Source of the DNA: Candidatus Bipolaricaulia bacterium
GTDB taxonomy: Bacteria; Bipolaricaulota; Bipolaricaulia; RBG-16-55-9
Length of the DNA stretch: 50,719 nt
Reading direction: 5' to 3'
NCBI GenBank assembly: GCA_042219045.1
Contig: JBDGQO010000065.1
Span: 1 to 50,719, forward strand
Made by a program: the position numbers and the translations under genes. How positions within the stretch are numbered: the first letter of the stretch is position 1; each line of letters starts with the position of its first letter. Under the pieces are notes generated by a model that was given only the letters and a program-made list of their open reading frames with translations, was not told the origin of the DNA and did no database searches. Shown here piece by piece: positions 9,707 to 20,738 of this stretch.

Positions 9707-10756
9707 CTAGGGCAGAACTCCGGTCTCGATCGAGAGGTTGGGCTCACCTTCACGGTTGATCCCGACGGTCACGCGGGTCTGCAGCTCCGGCCAGAACAGC
9801 GACACGCCCCAGCCAAACAGGGCCCCTTCGGCGACGGGCTGGTCGAGGAGCCAACCGCCCTCAAAGTAGACCGATCCCAACAGACGCATGTTCACGGGCA
9901 ATGATCCCGCGCCCGCCCCGAAGATGCGGGCCAGATCAATGCGGAACAGCGACGAGGTAAACAGCCGATGCTGTTGCTTCACCGACGCAAGGACGTAGCG
10001 CTCCGAGCGGATGCTCTCGCCATAGCTACGAAGGTCGAGGTCGAATTCGAGGCCCGGCAAGTCGACGGGATTGTCCAGGCTGCCCATCTCGAACCGGAGC
10101 TGGGTCTGTCCAGCGAACAGCCGTGTCCGGCTGTGGAACGTGCTGAAGGACTGCTCAGGCGAGCCGAGCGGCTGACCCGTCAGGTATTGGCCGCGCGTCT
10201 CCAGCCGGAATCCCAGCGGCAGCGGCCACTGTAGCGTGCTGTCAAGGTTGAGATACCGGACGCTGGAAGGATCGGCTTCCCCTTTCTCCAACGGCCAAAG
10301 CTCTCCCACGAAGCCCGTTCCCTTCAGCGTGCTTTGCTCGATCACTTGAGCAACCAGGCCCGTCTCCTCGCCGCCGAGCCAGCGATAGAGGGCAATCAAG
10401 TCCGCTCCAACGTGAATGCCGGATTCGCCCTCTCGGCCGCGAACGCGGCTGTCTGGCCAGTCGCCGTAGGACAGCGATGCCACCTCTCGATAGGACAGCC
10501 CGGTCGTATAGCGGACTTTTCGGCTGTTGAGGCCATAGGCCCCGCCCACGGTCGTCGTCCAGTTGCTGAACCCGAGATCGATGTTGAATCCCAAGAGGAG
10601 CCCATCCCGCCCGCTGCTGATGATCACGGGCCGGAGGCTGGGCGTGATGGCCGGCTCGGCGTCGCCTGCCTGGGCCCAGCCGGGGGCACTGGCACCGAAG
10701 GCAACGGCAAGCGAGAGCGCGATCGTTGCCAGGCGCTTGGAAATAGCGCTAGTCAT
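9707..10756 (-). CDS. Exported hypothetical protein, probable outer-membrane beta-barrel
   Basis: Signal peptide (KRLATIALSLAVAFGASAPGWAQ), alternating Gly/aromatic strands. Start overlaps the ABC-F stop (ATGACTAG). Confidence 0.55.
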   Translation of the reverse strand: MTSAISKRLATIALSLAVAFGASAPGWAQAGDAEPAITPSLRPVIISSGRDGLLLGFNIDLGFSNWTTTVGGAYGLNSRKVRYTTGLSYREVASLSYGDWPDSRVRGREGESGIHVGADLIALYRWLGGEETGLVAQVIEQSTLKGTGFVGELWPLEKGEADPSSVRYLNLDSTLQWPLPLGFRLETRGQYLTGQPLGSPEQSFSTFHSRTRLFAGQTQLRFEMGSLDNPVDLPGLEFDLDLRSYGESIRSERYVLASVKQQHRLFTSSLFRIDLARIFGAGAGSLPVNMRLLGSVYFEGGWLLDQPVAEGALFGWGVSLFWPELQTRVTVGINREGEPNLSIETGVLP

Positions 10757-12695
10757 GGGCCGAGGGCGTTGCTTCCAGCTCTTCCATGGCCTGTTCCCAG
10801 TCGCCAAAGACGGCATCTCGCTGGGATCGAACTTGCTCATATTGTGTGCTCAGTTCGCGGATGCGCGCCTGATCGCCCTCATAGCTGGCCGCTTCCAGGT
10901 CGGCTTCGATCTGGGCAAGCTGCTGTTCCAACTCGGCCAGTTGCTCGGTCAGCTCGGCCTCACGCGCCTCCACTTCAGCGCGCCGGCGGCGTGCGTCGCG
11001 GCTCTCGCGCTTTGCGGCCTGCTGCGACGTCCGCTCGCTTGACGAGGATCCGGACGACGTCGCGTTTGACGGGGACGACCGGGGCCGCTCTTGGAGGAAG
11101 CGGTCATAGCTGTAGGGATGGATGCGGCAGACGCCATCACGGATGTCCCAGATCTGGGTGGCCAGCGCCCGAATGAGATAGCGATCGTGGGAGACGAAGA
11201 GGATTGTTCCCTCGTAATGCTGAAGCGCGTCCTGAAGCGCCTCCCGAGAGGAGATGTCGAGGTGGTTGGTCGGTTCGTCCAAGAGCAGTGCGTTCCCCTC
11301 CAGTTGTGCCAATCGGGCCAGCGCCACGCGGCTGCGCTCCCCGCCCGAGAGCTGGTCCAGCCGCTTGAAGACCTCGTCGTCGGAGAAGAGGAATTTGCCG
11401 AGAAAGTCGCGCGCCTCGCTGATCCGTTGGCGCTTGCCGGCCATGAGGGCGTCGAGGACGGTATGGTCGCTACTGAGCTGGTCCCAATGGCTCTGGCGGA
11501 AGTGTGCCACGTCGACGTTGTTACCCCATTCGAAGTGGCCCGCTAGCGGGTCCAATTCGCCCGCGAGGACGCGCAGGAGCGTCGTCTTGCCGCAGCCGTT
11601 GGGGCCGATGATCGCCACCCGTTCGCCCTGCCAGACCGTTGTCTCGGGCACGTGGGCCAGCTCGGTGTCGGCGTCCGAGGCGTCCTGAGCGGGGAAACCC
11701 ACGGTCAAGCCGGGCGTCTTGAGCACCTCGCGTCCGCTGAGCCGGCTGAGCGGAAGCCGTATGCTGAGCGTCTTTTGCGTCTTGGGCGGCTCAATCCGCT
11801 CCAGCTTGTCCAGCATCTTCCGTTTGGATTTGGCTTGGTTCTCCAGCGTGCGGCCGCTCGCAAAGTTGCGGCGGATGAACTCTTCCGTCTTCTGGATGAA
11901 CTCCTGTTGCTCCTCGTAGAGCTTTTGTTGGCGCTCTATGCGTTCCTGTTTGAGCTGACGGAACTTCGTGTAGTTGCCCGGATATTCGCGAAGTTGCCCG
12001 AATTCGAGTTCCCAGATCTTGGTCGCCAACGCGTCGATGGCGTAGCGGTCGTGAGACGCCAGAATGAAGCCGCCCTCCCAGCGAGAGAGATAGTCTTCCA
12101 GCCAGCTGAGGGCGTCCATGTCGAGGTGGTTGGTCGGCTCATCCAACAGCAACAGATCGGGCCCACTGAGCAACAGCTTCGCCATCGCCGCCCGGGCTTT
12201 CTGACCGCCGCTCAGCTGGGCGATCGGCCTATCAAAATCCTCGCGTGCGAAGCCGAGGCCCGCCAGCACCTCGCGAACCTCGCTCTCGTAGGAATAACCG
12301 CCCGCGTTCTGATATCGCTCCATCACCTCGTCGTAGCGATTCAACAGCTCGGCGTCGTCCGGATCCGCCGCCATTTGGGCTTCGAGGGAGCTCAGTTCCT
12401 CGCCCATGGCTTGGAGTTCGGCGTTGGCGTCGAGCATCGCTTGATAGAGCGAGGCCCCTTCGTCCAGGTGGGGTTCTTGGGAGAGGTAGCCGAACTTGCA
12501 GGATCGGGCTCGATGCACGTAGCCCTCGGGGACCTCCTCCTGGCCGACCAGGATCTTGAGCAGCGTTGACTTCCCGCAGCCATTCGGGCCGATCAGGGCG
12601 ATGCGGTCGCCCCGGCTGACTTGCAGCGAGACGTTCTCCAGAATGAGGTCGGGCCCGTAGCGCTTGGTGACGTTCTCCAGCGTGATCAGTGACAT
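10749..12695 (-). CDS. ABC-F family ATPase (ribosome-associated)
   Basis: Two NBDs (GPNGCGKS/T, LSGGQ/LSGGE, LLLDEPTNHLD twice), no TM segments, C-terminal coiled coil. Confidence 0.93.
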   Translation of the reverse strand: MSLITLENVTKRYGPDLILENVSLQVSRGDRIALIGPNGCGKSTLLKILVGQEEVPEGYVHRARSCKFGYLSQEPHLDEGASLYQAMLDANAELQAMGEELSSLEAQMAADPDDAELLNRYDEVMERYQNAGGYSYESEVREVLAGLGFAREDFDRPIAQLSGGQKARAAMAKLLLSGPDLLLLDEPTNHLDMDALSWLEDYLSRWEGGFILASHDRYAIDALATKIWELEFGQLREYPGNYTKFRQLKQERIERQQKLYEEQQEFIQKTEEFIRRNFASGRTLENQAKSKRKMLDKLERIEPPKTQKTLSIRLPLSRLSGREVLKTPGLTVGFPAQDASDADTELAHVPETTVWQGERVAIIGPNGCGKTTLLRVLAGELDPLAGHFEWGNNVDVAHFRQSHWDQLSSDHTVLDALMAGKRQRISEARDFLGKFLFSDDEVFKRLDQLSGGERSRVALARLAQLEGNALLLDEPTNHLDISSREALQDALQHYEGTILFVSHDRYLIRALATQIWDIRDGVCRIHPYSYDRFLQERPRSSPSNATSSGSSSSERTSQQAAKRESRDARRRRAEVEAREAELTEQLAELEQQLAQIEADLEAASYEGDQARIRELSTQYEQVRSQRDAVFGDWEQAMEELEATPSAHD

Positions 12696-12737
12696 GCCAA
12701 TTCCTCGCGCGCTTTAGCTTGGTCTGTCAGCCAAGAG

Positions 12738-12766
12738 AGTGTAGAGGATGCGCATGGAGGCGACAA
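12738..12766 (-). promoter_or_regulatory. Sigma70 promoter of the ABC-F gene
   Basis: TTGTCG-17-TACACT on the minus strand. Confidence 0.55.
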
Positions 12767-12822
12767 TCGCGCGGCATCCCCGAGGGGACGTCTGACGTCA
12801 CGCGAACGGCGGATGCGCTGTC

Positions 12823-12851
12823 TTGTCGCGCCCATGGCCCCGGCCTATACT
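12823..12851 (+). promoter_or_regulatory. Sigma70 promoter of eno (near-leaderless)
   Basis: TTGTCG-17-TATACT, 8 nt before the ATG, no RBS. Confidence 0.6.
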
Positions 12852-12853
12852 GA

Positions 12854-14125
<1,272 letters not shown>

Positions 14126-14128
14126 CCC

Positions 14129-14431
14129 ATGTCGAGGCGCCAACGTCGACTGCGGCTCGTGGCGTTGTCGATTGCGATATTGGGGTTGGGCGTGTTCTTC
14201 GGGTTGCGCGAGCACTCCATCGCCCAGATCCACCGCGAGATCGACGCCGTGCGCGAGCAACGGGCCCAGGTCGAAGCGAGGATCGACGCGCTCCAAACGC
14301 GGCTCGAACGCCGCGACAATCTCAATTACATCGAATACTTGGCGCGTAAGAAGCTCGGCTTGATCCGGCCGGACGAGAAGAAGTACTTTCAGATGACGGA
14401 CCCTAAGCGATCTGACCCCGATGGAGATTAA
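14129..14431 (+). CDS. ftsB: Septum formation initiator FtsB/DivIC family
   Basis: TM helix plus coiled coil plus YIEYLARKKLGLIRPDE; eno-ftsB synteny. Confidence 0.85.
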   Translation: MSRRQRRLRLVALSIAILGLGVFFGLREHSIAQIHREIDAVREQRAQVEARIDALQTRLERRDNLNYIEYLARKKLGLIRPDEKKYFQMTDPKRSDPDGD

Positions 14432-14437
14432 TCGATC

Positions 14438-17400
14438 ATGAGCTTTGTTCATCTGCACGTGCACTCCGGATACAGCCTGCTGGACGCGACGTGCCGCATT
14501 CCCCAGCTCGTGGCCCGCGCGGCGGAGCTGGAGATGCCGGCGCTGGCCTTGACCGACCACGGCCTGATGTGCGGCGTTGTCGAATTCGTTCAGACTGCCC
14601 AAGAAGAGGGCATCAAGCCGATCATCGGCTGCGAGCTCTACGTCGCCCCCAAAAGCCGTACGGAGACGAATCAGTCCGAGAAATACTATCATCTGACCGC
14701 GCTGGCCCGGAATGAACGAGGCTATCAGAACCTGATGAAGCTATCGAGCCTCGGGTATCTGGAGGGCTTCTACTATCGGCCGCGCGTGGACAAGGACCTG
14801 CTGCGCCAATACGGCGACGGGCTGATGCTGTTGTCCGGGTGCCTCCAGGGCGAGGTTCCCAAGCTCGTCCTGAATGACGACATGGAGGGCGCGGCGCAGG
14901 TCCTTCAGCAATACCAGGCGTTTGTGGGCCCGGACAACGTCTACGTGGAACTCCAGGACCACGGCATCGACGAGCAACAGACGATCCGCCCCAAGCTGAT
15001 CGAGTTGGCCCGCTCGCTCGACCTGCCGCTCGTCGCCTCCAACGACGTCCACTTCCTTCACCCGGAGGATCATCCCGCGCATGAGGTCTTCATCAACGTC
15101 GCCTCCAACAAGTCGAAGGAGAAGCGGTCCTACCCCGACGAGCTCTATCTCAAGTCGCCCGAGCAGATGCGCGAGCTGTTCGCGGACGTGCCCGAGGCCG
15201 TCGCCAACACCGTGGAGATCGCCGAGCGCTGCAACGTCGAGCTCGATCTGACCCAGACGCATCTGCCTGAGTTTGAGGTGCCGGAATCCGAGGACAGCGC
15301 GGGGAGCTATCTGGAGACGCTGGCTTGGAAGGGCGTCCGTGAGCGCTATGACGAGGTCACCGCTGAGGTCGAAGAACGCCTGCGGCACGAAATCGACGTC
15401 ATCTGTGACATGGGCTATGCCGCCTACTTCCTCATCGTCCAGGACTTTATTCGGTTCGCCAAATCGAAGGACATTCCCGTCGGTCCGGGGCGAGGATCCT
15501 CGGCGGGCAGCCTGGTCTGCTATGCCCTCGGGATCACCAACGTCGACCCGCTCAAATACGGCCTGATCTTTGAGCGTTTCCTCAATCCCGATCGCATTCA
15601 GCTTCCCGACATCGACATCGACTTCTGCGTGCGGCGCCGCGACGAGGTCATGGACTACGTCGAGCAGAAGTACGGCGCGGACCACGTTGCCCAGATCATC
15701 ACCTTCGACACGATGGCCGCGCGCAGCGCCGTGCGCGACGTGGCGCGCGTGATGGGATTTTCCTTCAACGACGCCGACCGGATCGCCAAACAGATCCCCT
15801 TCGGAACGAAGCTCCAGGACGCCATCGACAACTCCCAAGAGCTGCAGACGATGCGCGACGAGGAGCCGGATGTCGCGAGGCTGTTGGAGGTGGCGCCCAA
15901 GCTCGAAGGCATGATCCGCAACCCCTCGACGCATGCGGCGGGCGTCGTCATCGCCCCCGACGAGATCACCGAATACGCGCCGCTGATGAAGCTCTCCGAC
16001 GGCGCCGTCGTCACGCAGTACGAGATGAATGCGCTCGAGGATATCGGCATGCTCAAGATGGACTTCCTCGGGTTGCGCAACCTGACGGTTCTGGACGACA
16101 CCCTCCGATCGATCCGACGCATGGGGGAAGCGCCGCCGGACCTGGACGGGCTTCCGCTCGACGACGAGGCGACCTACGGGATGCTCCAGCGCGGCCAGAC
16201 GGCCGGCGTGTTCCAGCTTGAGGGCTCCGGCATTCGCGAGATGCTCGTGCGGCTGGAGCCGGAGCAGTTCGAGGACCTCATTGCGGTGCTCGCGCTCTAT
16301 CGGCCCGGTCCGCTGGAGAGCGGCATGGCGGAGAGCTACATCGAACGCAAGCATGGCCGGGAAGAAGTCGACTATCCGCACGAGAAACTCCAAGACGTGC
16401 TCGCGGACTCCTACGGCCTGCCCATCTATCAGGATCAGCTCTTGCGCATGGCCCGCGTCATGGCGGGGTTTTCCTATGCCGAGGCCGACACCCTCCGCAA
16501 GGCCATCGGCAAGAAGAAGAAGAAGCTGATGGCCCAGATGCGGGCCAAGTTCATCGACGGCTGCGTCGACAACGGGGTGGAGCAGGAGACGGCGGAGAAG
16601 CTGTTCGAGGACATCGAAAAGTTCGCCCGCTATGGCTTCGTCAAAGCCCACTCGACCGCCTACGCGCTCATCTCGTACTGGACCGGCTATTTGAAGGCCC
16701 ACTATCCCACGCACTACATGGCGGCGCTCATCACCAGCGTCGCGAGCAACGCCGACAAGGTGCGCGAGTACATCAACGCCTGCCGCTCGCTCGGCATCGA
16801 CGTGCTCGCCCCCGACGTCAACGAAAGCCGCGGCGAGTTCACGCCGGTGGAACGCGAGGACGGCACGGGCGCGATTCGGTTCGGGCTCAATGCGATCAAG
16901 AACGTCGGCGAAGGGGCCGTGGAGGCGATCCTCCGGGCTCGCGAGGGCGGCCCGTTTGAGTCGTTCCTCGACGTCTGCCGGCGCGTGGACGCCGGCTCGC
17001 TGAGCCGGGATCTCCTGCAGAGCCTCATCAAAGCGGGCGCCTTCGATCAACTCGGCACGCGCAAGGGCCAACGGGAGCAGGTCGACGTCGGCCTCGAAGA
17101 GGCCGACCGGGCCCGCAAGGAGCGCCTGAGCGGGCAGAGCTCGCTGTTCGGCGAGGCCGACGCCGAGCCGATCGAGCCGGCCGCATCCGAGGAGCCGCAG
17201 AGCACGGACGAGTATGCCCATGAGGACTTGCTCAAGATGGAGCGGGAGCTGCTCGGGCTCTACGTCAGCGGCCATCCGCTCGACGATCTCGAGCAGCGCC
17301 TGGAGCTCTTCCGCTCGCACGCGATCGCGGAGCTCAAGGACGTTGCCGACGAGACCGAGGTCCGATTGGCGGGCCAGATCGAGGAGGTCACCACGAAGAC

Positions 17401-17881
17401 GACGCGCAACGGCCGCGCGATGGCGTTCCTCACGCTGGAGGATCTGACGGGCCAGACCGAGGTCGTCGTCTTTCCCGATCTCTACGAGACGCGTCAGGAT
17501 CTGTTGGACGAGGATCCCGTCCTGGTGGTCGAGGGGAAGCTGGAGGAGCGCAACGGCCGTCGGAACGTCATCGCCAACGACCTTCGGGCGTTCGAGAAGC
17601 TGGAGTCCTCCAGCGTGCTCAACGTGCGCTTGGACGCGGACAAGGTCGACGAAGCCCGACTCAGGGAACTCAAATCGGTGTTGACGCAACACCCGGGGGC
17701 GACGCCGATCGTTCTGTACGTGATGGCGAACGGCGGCTACCGGAGCGTGGCGGCCGGGGAAGGGGTCCGCGTGCAGATCGATCCGGGATTGATCCAAGAC
17801 GTCGAGGCGTTGCTCGGGTCGGGCACCGTCAAATTGGCCCCGCGGGGCACGCGCCGACGGGATGCCGTTGGCGCATCGTGA
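14438..17881 (+). CDS. dnaE: DNA polymerase III alpha subunit
   Basis: FVHLHVHS PHP domain, GPGRGSSAGS, PDIDIDF, KMDFLGL, C-terminal OB fold. Confidence 0.98.
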   Translation: MSFVHLHVHSGYSLLDATCRIPQLVARAAELEMPALALTDHGLMCGVVEFVQTAQEEGIKPIIGCELYVAPKSRTETNQSEKYYHLTALARNERGYQNLMKLSSLGYLEGFYYRPRVDKDLLRQYGDGLMLLSGCLQGEVPKLVLNDDMEGAAQVLQQYQAFVGPDNVYVELQDHGIDEQQTIRPKLIELARSLDLPLVASNDVHFLHPEDHPAHEVFINVASNKSKEKRSYPDELYLKSPEQMRELFADVPEAVANTVEIAERCNVELDLTQTHLPEFEVPESEDSAGSYLETLAWKGVRERYDEVTAEVEERLRHEIDVICDMGYAAYFLIVQDFIRFAKSKDIPVGPGRGSSAGSLVCYALGITNVDPLKYGLIFERFLNPDRIQLPDIDIDFCVRRRDEVMDYVEQKYGADHVAQIITFDTMAARSAVRDVARVMGFSFNDADRIAKQIPFGTKLQDAIDNSQELQTMRDEEPDVARLLEVAPKLEGMIRNPSTHAAGVVIAPDEITEYAPLMKLSDGAVVTQYEMNALEDIGMLKMDFLGLRNLTVLDDTLRSIRRMGEAPPDLDGLPLDDEATYGMLQRGQTAGVFQLEGSGIREMLVRLEPEQFEDLIAVLALYRPGPLESGMAESYIERKHGREEVDYPHEKLQDVLADSYGLPIYQDQLLRMARVMAGFSYAEADTLRKAIGKKKKKLMAQMRAKFIDGCVDNGVEQETAEKLFEDIEKFARYGFVKAHSTAYALISYWTGYLKAHYPTHYMAALITSVASNADKVREYINACRSLGIDVLAPDVNESRGEFTPVEREDGTGAIRFGLNAIKNVGEGAVEAILRAREGGPFESFLDVCRRVDAGSLSRDLLQSLIKAGAFDQLGTRKGQREQVDVGLEEADRARKERLSGQSSLFGEADAEPIEPAASEEPQSTDEYAHEDLLKMERELLGLYVSGHPLDDLEQRLELFRSHAIAELKDVADETEVRLAGQIEEVTTKTTRNGRAMAFLTLEDLTGQTEVVVFPDLYETRQDLLDEDPVLVVEGKLEERNGRRNVIANDLRAFEKLESSSVLNVRLDADKVDEARLRELKSVLTQHPGATPIVLYVMANGGYRSVAAGEGVRVQIDPGLIQDVEALLGSGTVKLAPRGTRRRDAVGAS

Positions 17882-17921
17882 CCACGACGGCCAAGATCAC
17901 AGCAAAGAAGGGGATACAAGC

Positions 17922-19238
17922 GTGAACGAACAGCCCGCATGGCGACGCGCGCTCACCTGGATTTATCCCGGCATGCAGGTCAAGCGCTGGGCATTGCTCA
18001 TCGGCATCTCCGGCGTCATCATTGTGATCGGCCTTGTCGGGCTGATCGGCCGGGGGAACCTCCGCGTGCTCTACGCGCTGTTTGAGGGCGCGCCCCTCGG
18101 CGCCTACGCGGCTCTGGTCGTCGGGCTCATGGGGCTCGGCATCGCGGGTGTGAGCATTGGGGTGCGCGGCCTCGTCCACTCCATCATCCGCGGCGTCTCA
18201 CCGGAATACGAGGGCCGCACCTCGGAGGTGATTTATCACCAACGACGGCTGAGCCGCGGGCCGAACGTCGTGGCGATCGGCGGCGGCACGGGGTTGTCGA
18301 CGCTCCTGCGCGGCCTCAAGCACTGGACGTCCAACATCACCGCCGTCGTGACCGTGATGGACAGTGGCGGCAGCTCCGGCCGGCTCCGCGAAGAACTGAA
18401 CATGCTCCCGCCCGGCGATATTCGCAATTGTCTCGTCTCCTTGGCCGAGGACGAGTCGCAGATGGGCCAGCTCTTCGGGCATCGCTTTCGCGAGGGCTCG
18501 GTCAAAGGCCACTCCTTGGGCAACCTCGTCTTGGCCGGGCTCCACGAGATGACCGGATCGTTCGACCGCTCCATCGCCGAGCTGAGCGGGCTGTTGAACA
18601 TTCGGGGCCGCGTCCTGCCCGCGACGTTGGAAAACGTCCATCTCCTGGCCCACCTCGAGGACGGCGCGCGCCTGGAGGGCGAAGAGCACATCGGCGAGTG
18701 CAAAGCCCGCATCGCCCAGCTCGAGCTGTCGGAGCCCGTCGTCGAACCGTATCCGGAGGTCCTGCAGGCCATTCGTGAAGCAGACGTCGTGGTTTTTGGT
18801 CCCGGCAGCCTGTATACGAGCATCCTGCCGAACCTGCTCGTGGATCGCGTGGCCGAGGAGATCGAACGCGCGCGGGCGGTCAAGATCTACGTCGCCAACC
18901 TGATGACCCAGCCGGGCGAGACCGAAGGGTTCTCCTTGCAGGATCACTTGGATGCGCTCGGCGGCCACATCAACGTCGGCGCCATTGACTACGCCATCGT
19001 CAACGACGAGCCCATTCCCGAGGACCTGCGCCAACGGTATCGCGACGACGGCGCGGAGCCGGTTGAGTTGGACACCCCAGAGGCCAACGCGTACGGGCTC
19101 GACCTGGTCAAAGCCGATCTGCTTGACGTCGTCAAGCTGGACGATAAACCGACGATTAAGCACGATGCTGAGCGTTTGACGGAGACGATCGCCCAGGTGA
19201 CGCGCCGCGCGCTCGCGGAGCGCCTCAAGCGCTTCTGA
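17922..19238 (+). CDS. yvcK: YvcK/GlmR family UDP-GlcNAc-binding protein with two N-terminal TM helices
   Basis: IGGGTGLSTLLRGLK, DSGGSSGRLR, PPGDIRNC, GPGSLYTS, NLMTQPGET. GTG start. Confidence 0.92.
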   Translation: MNEQPAWRRALTWIYPGMQVKRWALLIGISGVIIVIGLVGLIGRGNLRVLYALFEGAPLGAYAALVVGLMGLGIAGVSIGVRGLVHSIIRGVSPEYEGRTSEVIYHQRRLSRGPNVVAIGGGTGLSTLLRGLKHWTSNITAVVTVMDSGGSSGRLREELNMLPPGDIRNCLVSLAEDESQMGQLFGHRFREGSVKGHSLGNLVLAGLHEMTGSFDRSIAELSGLLNIRGRVLPATLENVHLLAHLEDGARLEGEEHIGECKARIAQLELSEPVVEPYPEVLQAIREADVVVFGPGSLYTSILPNLLVDRVAEEIERARAVKIYVANLMTQPGETEGFSLQDHLDALGGHINVGAIDYAIVNDEPIPEDLRQRYRDDGAEPVELDTPEANAYGLDLVKADLLDVVKLDDKPTIKHDAERLTETIAQVTRRALAERLKRF

Positions 19239-19332
19239 CCGCGACTTGAGCGAGGCCCGAACGGAGGAGGGCCCACGGGAGGCGTCGCCGGCTCAGTCGT
19301 GCCATTCGGAGATGTGAGAGGAGGACCGATTC

Positions 19333-20499
19333 ATGGCGGAATTGCCGCGATACCGCTTGATGATCCCCGGGCCCGTCGAGGTCGACCCCGAACTGATGGC
19401 GGAAACGGCCCGCCCGATGGTGGCCCATTATGGGGCCGAGTGGACGGCGTACCACAACGAGACGATCGACGATCTCAAGCGGGTCGTCCAGACCGACCAC
19501 GGGCGTGTCTTTCCCATCGTTGGCCCAGGGTCGTCGGGCCTTGAGGCCGCCATTGGCAACACGATCGGCGACGGCAAGGAGATCCTCGTCGCCGTCAACG
19601 GCTTCTTCGGGGAACGGATCCGCCAGATCGCCACGAGCTACACGGGCGAGGCGCGCGTCCATCGAGTGACCGCGCCCATCGGGCAGCCGATCGATCCCGA
19701 GGACGTCGAGGCAACGCTTAGAGCGAATCCCGACGTGGCGGCCGTCGCGGTTGTCCATTGCGAGACGTCCTGCGGTCTGCTCAACCCGCTGAGGGAGATC
19801 GCATCCGTCGCCCGCGAACACGACGCGCTCGTGATCGTCGACGCGATTACGTCCCTGGGTGGGGCGGAGCTGCGCTTTGACGATTGGGACCTCGACGTCG
19901 TCGTCGCGTCCACGCAGAAGGCGCTCGGCTTGCCGCCAGGGCTTGCGCCGACGGCGGTCAGCGAACGCGCCTGGTCGGTGATCCAGGACACGGACGTGCC
20001 GGGCTGGTATCTGGATCTGACGACGTGGCAGACCTACATTGAGGCCTGGGCGTCCTGGCACCCCCATCCGGTGACGATGCCGCCGGGCTTGGTCCGGGGA
20101 GCCCACGCGGCGCTGGAACGCTTGCTCGAGGAGGGCATCCACAACGTCTGGGCCCGACATCGACGCGCCGCAGCCATCATGCAGGCTGGTTTAGCCAACC
20201 TGGGGTTTGAACTCGTTCCGCCCTGCGCCTATGCCGCGCCCACCGTGACGGCGGCCTATCTGCCCAGCGGCGTCAATTCCTCGGACCTGGTGGATGGCCT
20301 CAAGCGGCATCACCAGTTGCAGATTTCGGGCGCGATCGGCGACCTGAACGCCGTCCGGATCGGCCACATGGCCTCGTCCACGCGACCGTCGGTGCTGGTG
20401 GACGCGCTGTTGTGCATCGAAGACGTGCTCCGCACGCTCGGCCTCGATATCGAGTCGGGCCAAGCGCTCGCTGGATTGGATCTGAGTCGCGAGCTTTGA
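19333..20499 (+). CDS. Class V PLP aminotransferase (alanine-glyoxylate/serine-pyruvate type)
   Basis: LMIPGPVEV, VHCETSCG, VDAITSLGG, STQKALGLPPG. Confidence 0.92.
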   Translation: MAELPRYRLMIPGPVEVDPELMAETARPMVAHYGAEWTAYHNETIDDLKRVVQTDHGRVFPIVGPGSSGLEAAIGNTIGDGKEILVAVNGFFGERIRQIATSYTGEARVHRVTAPIGQPIDPEDVEATLRANPDVAAVAVVHCETSCGLLNPLREIASVAREHDALVIVDAITSLGGAELRFDDWDLDVVVASTQKALGLPPGLAPTAVSERAWSVIQDTDVPGWYLDLTTWQTYIEAWASWHPHPVTMPPGLVRGAHAALERLLEEGIHNVWARHRRAAAIMQAGLANLGFELVPPCAYAAPTVTAAYLPSGVNSSDLVDGLKRHHQLQISGAIGDLNAVRIGHMASSTRPSVLVDALLCIEDVLRTLGLDIESGQALAGLDLSREL

Positions 20500-20524
20500 G
20501 GGGGGCTGACCGGTCTGATACCAT
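20496..20524 (+). promoter_or_regulatory. Promoter of tRNA-Ser
   Basis: TTGAGG-17-TACCAT with a TGn extension. Confidence 0.5.
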
Positions 20525-20537
20525 ATGAGCGCACCTC

Positions 20538-20625
20538 GGAGGGATGACCGAATTGGCAAGGAGCCGGTCTCGAAAACCGGTAAGGCCGCAAGGCCCTCGG
20601 GGTTCGAGTCCCCGTCCCTCCGCCA
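20538..20625 (+). tRNA. tRNA-Ser (CGA)
   Basis: GGAGGGA/TCCCTCC acceptor, anticodon arm CCGGT-CT-CGA-AA-ACCGG, long variable arm, GTTCGAGTC T loop, GCCA end. Confidence 0.96.
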
Positions 20626-20656
20626 CAGTCGCCAACGCGTGGTGGACTCAAGATAG

Positions 20657-20692
20657 CGAAAATCCCGTCGGCTGGAGCCGACGGGATTTTCG
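20657..20692. terminator. Bidirectional terminator between convergent tRNA-Ser and the sigma gene
   Basis: Perfect inverted repeat CGAAAATCCCGTCGGCT-GG-AGCCGACGGGATTTTCG. Confidence 0.8.
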
Positions 20693-20738
20693 ACTGTTGG
20701 GTTTTTCCCAGAGATGTGGTAGAGACGCTGCCGTCGGA

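Noticed and set aside
14741..17797. Very long antisense ORFs (1018 aa here; also 6885-8903, 22963-24981, 32172-33917, 34898-37135)
   Set aside because: They are shadows of real genes caused by GC-rich codon bias and contain no recognisable motifs.
14438..17881. Possible intein in DnaE
   Set aside because: The length (1147 aa) is normal and I see no intein terminal motifs or insertion.
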